Assembly: GCA_013239625.1 (NCBI GenBank)
Contig: MU053385.1
Coordinates: forward strand, 156,958 to 191,527
Origin: Lama guanicoe
Lineage: Eukaryota
DNA length: 34,570 nucleotides
Reading direction: 5' to 3'
The position numbers and the translations under genes are program-made. Position 1 is the stretch's first letter. Every line of letters begins with the position of its first letter. Below the pieces are notes generated by a model. The model was not told where the DNA came from. It did not search any database and saw only the letters and a list, made by a program, of their open reading frames with translations. Positions 30,201 through 34,570 of this stretch are shown here, piece after piece.

Positions 30201-32109
30201 GCGGCCGGGCCGGGCTCAGGTGTGCCTCAGGGCCCAGGGCCCAGGGATGACAGGCAGGGCTGCGGTGTGAGTGGAGCCTCCCCGGACCGCCAAGCAGGCT
30301 CAGACCCTGCAGCCTCACCTGAGCTTCTGGATCTTGCAGGTGGGGCTCTGCAGCCCCTGGAGCACCAAGCGCACGCCGCCATCACCCAGCTCATTGGTGC
30401 CGAGGCTGAGCTCGGTCAGGGAGGAGTTGACCCGGAGGGCGGAACTGATGTCCTTGCACCGCACCTCCGTGAGGCCACAGTCGTCCAGCCTGTGGACGGA
30501 CACCTGGTCATTTCACACAGCAGGCCGTGACCCGACAGTGGGCTAAGAACTGGGCAAGGTGGGTGACAACCAACACAGCTTAAAACGAAACAGGAAAAGC
30601 ATATGATCATCTTGGAAAACTTCAGACACCGGCACGTGTACGGATGCGGATCTCCGCATCTTACCGAGGGGCCCGTCAGCAGGTGTCCACCTCCAGGAGA
30701 GAAATCAAACCTGGACAAGGCAGCAGCTCCGAGCACGTGTGGGAGAGGACGCGGCACCTCGGAGGGCAGTGCCCCCCTGAAGGGCCTCAGCAGGCCCAGC
30801 GGGGAACGTACCAGAGCACAACCCAGGACCCGTCCGTCCCCGTGAGTGAAAACCCGAGTGAACACAGGTGGAAGAAAAGCCAGCTCTTACTCACGGAATG
30901 ACAGCTGGTAGTCGTGGAAGGAACGGGGACATTAAAATCCCAGTTAGGCAAAGGCCCGTAATAGCCATTCTGGCAAGACCCACCAACGGGTGTGGAGCTC
31001 AGTGGACGACCGTTTTAGCACAAAAGGGTGAGAGCAGAGTCTCAGGTGTCTCACCCAGGGTGTTTGCCGATAACAGGAAAACCAGTGGCTGCAGTGGAGA
31101 ACCGGCAGGCACCACCCATCAGGTGGTCATGGTGACCACGAGGGCTCACCGTTTGGCGCCACTGTGACCATAAACCCCAGATATGACATGCCAGGCAGGG
31201 CACAACATCACTTCTGTGTTATCTTCCCCAGAATGTGTGACTCAGCTCTGAGAAGACGTCGAGGGTCAGGTGGCCAAGGTCAAGGGCGGACAGAGGGGCC
31301 GTCACAGACAGGAGGGGCCGGGGAGACGTGAGGATGAGTGCCCCGAGGGCTCCCGTGCGCCCCGGGAACAGGAGAGGACACAGGTGGAAGAGCCGGTGAC
31401 GAGAGGCGAGGCGCCCTGTTGGGCTCTTCGCTATGACCCGCGCCCCAGGCGACAGGGTGCCTGACATCAGCGGGAGGGGGCGCAGGGCACAGGGAACCCC
31501 GCACCGTCTTCACAACTCCTCCATAACCTAAAATGCTTTCAAGGAAGTTCAAAAGGAAAACGACAAGCAGGCAGGCATCCATCTCTCACCGGTGAACGCT
31601 CAGGACCCCTAGGTCTGCGCTGTTTCCCAGCCTGCGGCCCCGCAGGGGACAGGGCACAGGCAGTGCCCCCGGGAGGGGAGCCGACAGACGCGATCACACC
31701 CCCAGAGCAAGAGGGCGAGCTGCAGACCCTGGTCTGGGCCGCTCTGCCCACCAGGCTTGGGCCGGCAATGCGTTTGCATTCAAGTGGTTGGAGAAAGGCA
31801 GGGTAAGATACAGCCCAAGTGGTAGAGCGTACGCTTAGCATTCACGAGGTCCTGGGTTCAATCCCTGTATCCTCCTCTAAAAATAAATAAGTAAACCTAA
31901 TTACCCCCCTCAAAAACAACAAGAAATAGTTGGAGGAAAATTAAAAAAAAATTTTATGCCACACAAAAACCATACAAAAGTCACAGCACGCTTCCGTAAA
32001 TGAAGTGACGTGGGGGCTGCTACCTGACCACCTCGTACTGCTGGATCAGAGGCAGGAGCTCCGTCCACCGGCTGTCGCTCAGCTCCTCACACTGGATGTC
32101 CAGGTTCAT
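27169..32109 (-). CDS. RNH1: Ribonuclease/angiogenin inhibitor 1, complete spliced CDS: complement(join(27169..27256,27330..27500,28459..28629,28812..28982,29140..29310,29381..29551,29937..30107,30319..30489,32024..32109)), 1371 nt, 456 aa
   Basis: GT-AG introns, one open frame [37 protein letters not shown]...[28 protein letters not shown]. Alternating 28/29-aa RI-type LRRs; seven 171-nt internal exons; C-terminal Y-D-x-Y RNase-contact motif intact; 456 aa as in porcine RI. Confidence 0.98.
27330..27500 (-). CDS. RNH1: RNH1 coding exon 8 (171 nt)
   Basis: [56 protein letters not shown]; acccag| ... |gtaagt. Confidence 0.96.
28459..28629 (-). CDS. RNH1: RNH1 coding exon 7 (171 nt)
   Basis: [56 protein letters not shown]; ccgcag| ... 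|gtgagc. Confidence 0.96.
28812..28982 (-). CDS. RNH1: RNH1 coding exon 6 (171 nt)
   Basis: [56 protein letters not shown]; ccgcag| ... |gtgagc. Confidence 0.96.
29140..29310 (-). CDS. RNH1: RNH1 coding exon 5 (171 nt)
   Basis: [56 protein letters not shown]; ccccag| ... |gtgagt. Confidence 0.96.
29381..29551 (-). CDS. RNH1: RNH1 coding exon 4 (171 nt)
   Basis: [56 protein letters not shown]; ccccag| ... |gtaagg. Confidence 0.96.
29937..30107 (-). CDS. RNH1: RNH1 coding exon 3 (171 nt)
   Basis: [56 protein letters not shown]; ctccag| ... |gtgagt. Confidence 0.96.
30319..30489 (-). CDS. RNH1: RNH1 coding exon 2 (171 nt)
   Basis: [56 protein letters not shown]; ccacag| ... |gtgagg. Confidence 0.96.
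30720..31470 (+). mobile_element. Old L1MC/ME-type 3' UTR fragment in an RNH1 intron; boundaries approximate
   Basis: cagtggagaaccggcaggcaccacc...gggcacaacatcacttctgtgttatcttccccagaatgtgtgac resembles L1MC4-like 3' ends. Confidence 0.55.
31797..31926 (+). mobile_element. tRNA-derived SINE, camelid vic-1-like
   Basis: A box (cagcccaagtggtagagc), B box (gggttcaatcc), then the tail cctcctctaaaaataaataagtaaacctaattacccccctcaaaaa that I recall from vic-1; degenerate flanking direct repeat aagtggttggag (31782-31793) / aaatagttggag (31924-31935). Confidence 0.8.
32024..32109 (-). CDS. RNH1: RNH1 first coding exon (86 nt coding; exon begins at 32129)
   Basis: Minus strand: ...catcttgtctag|gaaagacttcacctcccgcc[34 protein letters not shown](R); donor AG|gtagca. 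Confidence 0.95.
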
Positions 32110-34054
32110 GGCGGGAGGTGAAGTCTTTCCTAGACAAGATGCAGAGGGAGAAATTCTCTCAAGGTTCGAGAGGCCAGAGACCCAGCAGATGGGGGGGGGG
32201 ACAGCGAGGGGAATCCAAACAGGACCCCAAGCGGCCAAGCTTTGTGGAGGAGCCAGTCTCTCCCTCGCCTGCTTCCTTCCCCTTCCTCAGCTCCTTGATC
32301 CTTTATCCACCTCGGCCTCCAGCAGAAAAGCCGGGGTGGGTGGAGGGAAGCTTCGCCCACTGGGCTCCCTGCTCCCCCAGCCCCTGGCACTGACACTGGC
32401 CACCCACAGCCCTGCCTCTGACTTGCCTGGGCTGGCTGCAGGCCTGGCCACAGCGTGGAGACCCCAGTCAAGGGAGCACAGGGGCCACATCTGTCAAGTG
32501 CTATGGAACTCTCCCTGCCTGCTCACTGGAAATGGGGGGCTGTGCCGGCCAGGCAGACCACCCACAAAGCCGCAGTCCCCCCAGCACTTGAGTACCTGAG
32601 GCCTCACTGCCCCGAGGCAGCTGGGTGGGTGGCACAGGTGCCTGTGGTCAGGTGACAGTTCCCGAGGGGCACCAGCTGCAGGTGCCCTGGACAGGACAGA
32701 GCAGGTGGGGTGGGGGCCCCAGGTCCAGTGGCCTGCACTCTGGGCGGTGCATTCCCTGGGGTGCCCGATTCCATGATCCCCTTCTGGGAGCCGGGACTCT
32801 GGACAGGGCATGTCCTCTGCCGCACCTTGGGTCAGCGAGGGACCAGCCCAGACAGGCCGCTCACCAAGCAGGCTGAGAAAAGCAGGAGGCCTTTGCCCAG
32901 CAGGTATGGGATGGGAGGTCACACAGACCCTGAAACCTCACCTGGGACAAGCACAGAGCCTGAATAAAAGAGGAACCGGAGCCCCAGGCCGGGGCTCACT
33001 GTGGCCCCGAAGGTGGGGGCCAGCAGGAGAGGGAGCCACGGGCTGCCATGAGTGGAGACTGGGGGTGGGGCTGGGGGCGACAGAACGCTCAGTGGAGAGT
33101 CACACCTGGGAACAGTGTCATTCCGGGTCTCTGGAAACAGGATGACTCAGGCCCACGAGGGGTTTCGGGTTCTCGGTTCCCCGAAACCCCAGCTTTCTGA
33201 GAACAACGCTCCTCTCATGCTTGTGCCCGTGCCTGGCTCGGCCCTGGCCTTGCTGAAGGGGGGCTCCCCCTCCCACCCCGAGGCTGGTTCGGAGCCCACA
33301 GTGGGGAGAAGAGCCAGCCCAGGCCAAGGCTCTAGTTGCATTCCTGCTGAGCAGAGGCCGCCCCCCACCCCGTGCCAACCTGTCAACGGGCAGGCAAGAC
33401 TCACGACTGCACGTCCCAGCAGGTGGGCCTGCTAAGAAACTGGGGCGAGGACATCGGTAACTGGCCACCTGACGCAACCATCACACGGACAAACCCAGCG
33501 CATGTGAGCAAAGCCAGACCTGCCCCACCCAGCCCAAAGTGTGCTCACCCAAACCCTGACTCAGAATCCTCCATCCAGGCCTGAGAGGCGTCAGTCAGGA
33601 ACAGGGAGCTCACAGCTGGTGATTCTGACCCCTCCCGAGGGGAGGGGGGAAGGAGGTGGCACGGAGGGACCCCTGAGGGGCGCCAGTCCCAGCTCTGCTG
33701 CCTCTCCCTGAATCCCGTGTGACGCTAGGGGACTCCGTTCTAGGCTGGGAACTGATACGCAGCAGCTGGCCCGACCTCCCAGCTTGGCTGGACCGCAGGG
33801 CATCCCTTTGGTTGGCCCTTGGGACCAGGAGGCCGCCTCTTCACCTCCAGGGGTCACTGATCCCTTTCAGAATCCGTGAAAAAGCGTTACATCCCCCCAG
33901 AGATGCCGTGTACAACCGTCCTCACCACCCTCAGCTAGGGCACCTGGTCGGGATGGGAGCAAGCACACGTCGGGCCCACGCGCTCACTGGGAACCGGGAC
34001 CAGCAGCTGGGCTGCTCCCCAGGCCCCAAGGCCTGGGTCCAGCATCTCCACAAC

Positions 34055-34570
34055 GGCCCGTAAGTAACGCGGGGTAACAGGCCGCCGCGCACGGCCGCGC
34101 CGCACGACCGGAGCCGCGTCTGTTCCGCCTTCGGTCTGGCCTGGGCCTTCCCCGGGGCGGCGCCCGCGGGGCGGCGGGGAGCGCGGGCGCGCCGGGGACA
34201 GCCCGGGGCCGGAGCCGCCCTCCGCGCCGGCCCGAGGCTCCGCGTGTCCGGCGACCCGCGGTCAACGCGGGGTTGGGCCGGGGCCGCTCAGACGCGGCGC
34301 CGAGAGGACTCCCGGCGCCCCCGGCCCCCACGCCCTCCCTGGGCCCCGGGGCCGTCCGCAGGCGGTCAGGGGCCGGGGAGCCCCCGAAACGCCGCAGGGT
34401 CACCCGAGTTCGCTCGCCTGGCCAGTGAAGTGAGGCCGCCGCGCCCCGCTTCCCGGCCCGCGCCCGCTCCGCCCGGGACCCCGGACCTCACCTCGCGTCG
34501 CCACCGCAGACCCGAGGGCCGAGCCGCTGCTTCCGCCGGGGCCGCGGGGCGAGGGCGAGGGCGAGGCGGG
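34055..34570 (-). promoter_or_regulatory. RNH1 CpG island / promoter-proximal region (runs off the window end)
   Basis: Very dense CpG about 2 kb upstream of the RNH1 ATG on the minus strand. Confidence 0.88.
34492..34545 (-). other. RNH1: Probable non-coding first exon of RNH1 (5' end undefined)
   Basis: Strong donor on the minus strand, GCGAG|gtgagg (ac at 34490-34491), inside the CpG island; the ATG exon has its own acceptor, so an upstream exon is required. Confidence 0.6.

Noticed and set aside
31801..31875. Possible tRNA gene
   Set aside because: Acceptor stem does not pair, there is no Pol III T-run terminator, and it is followed by a SINE tail and TSD-like repeat.
32110..32238. Apparent N-terminal extension of RNH1 in the ORF track (MAAWGPV...)
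   Set aside because: Starts at TTG and crosses the splice acceptor at 32130-32131, so most of it is intronic.
1..34570. Prokaryotic-type systems (CRISPR arrays, operons, IS elements) or intact retroelement ORFs
   Set aside because: The window is spliced mammalian DNA; there are no regularly spaced direct repeats, and all L1/ERV pieces are truncated and frameshifted.

Overview
Mammalian genomic DNA, GC- and CpG-rich, carrying two complete convergent intron-containing genes. PTDSS2 (phosphatidylserine synthase 2) is on + with 12 coding exons at 1140-25289, spliced CDS 1464 nt = 487 aa. RNH1 (ribonuclease/angiogenin inhibitor, an LRR protein) is on - with 9 coding exons at 32109-27169, spliced CDS 1371 nt = 456 aa, seven of the exons exactly 171 nt. 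Each gene has its own CpG island at one end of the window, and their poly(A) signals face each other about 1.2 kb apart. Introns hold decayed L1 fragments, two LTR relics and one tRNA-derived SINE resembling the camelid vic-1 family, which suggests a camel, llama or alpaca genome. Most entries in the ORF track are GC-content artefacts. I found no convincing new biological system. The best leads are an inverted repeat pair bracketing PTDSS2 exons 3-4, a stop-free in-frame 69-nt intron, a mirtron-like 73-nt RNH1 intron, an in-frame upstream ATG, and GC-shifted ancient repeats. Gene and repeat names are from recall, not from database searches.
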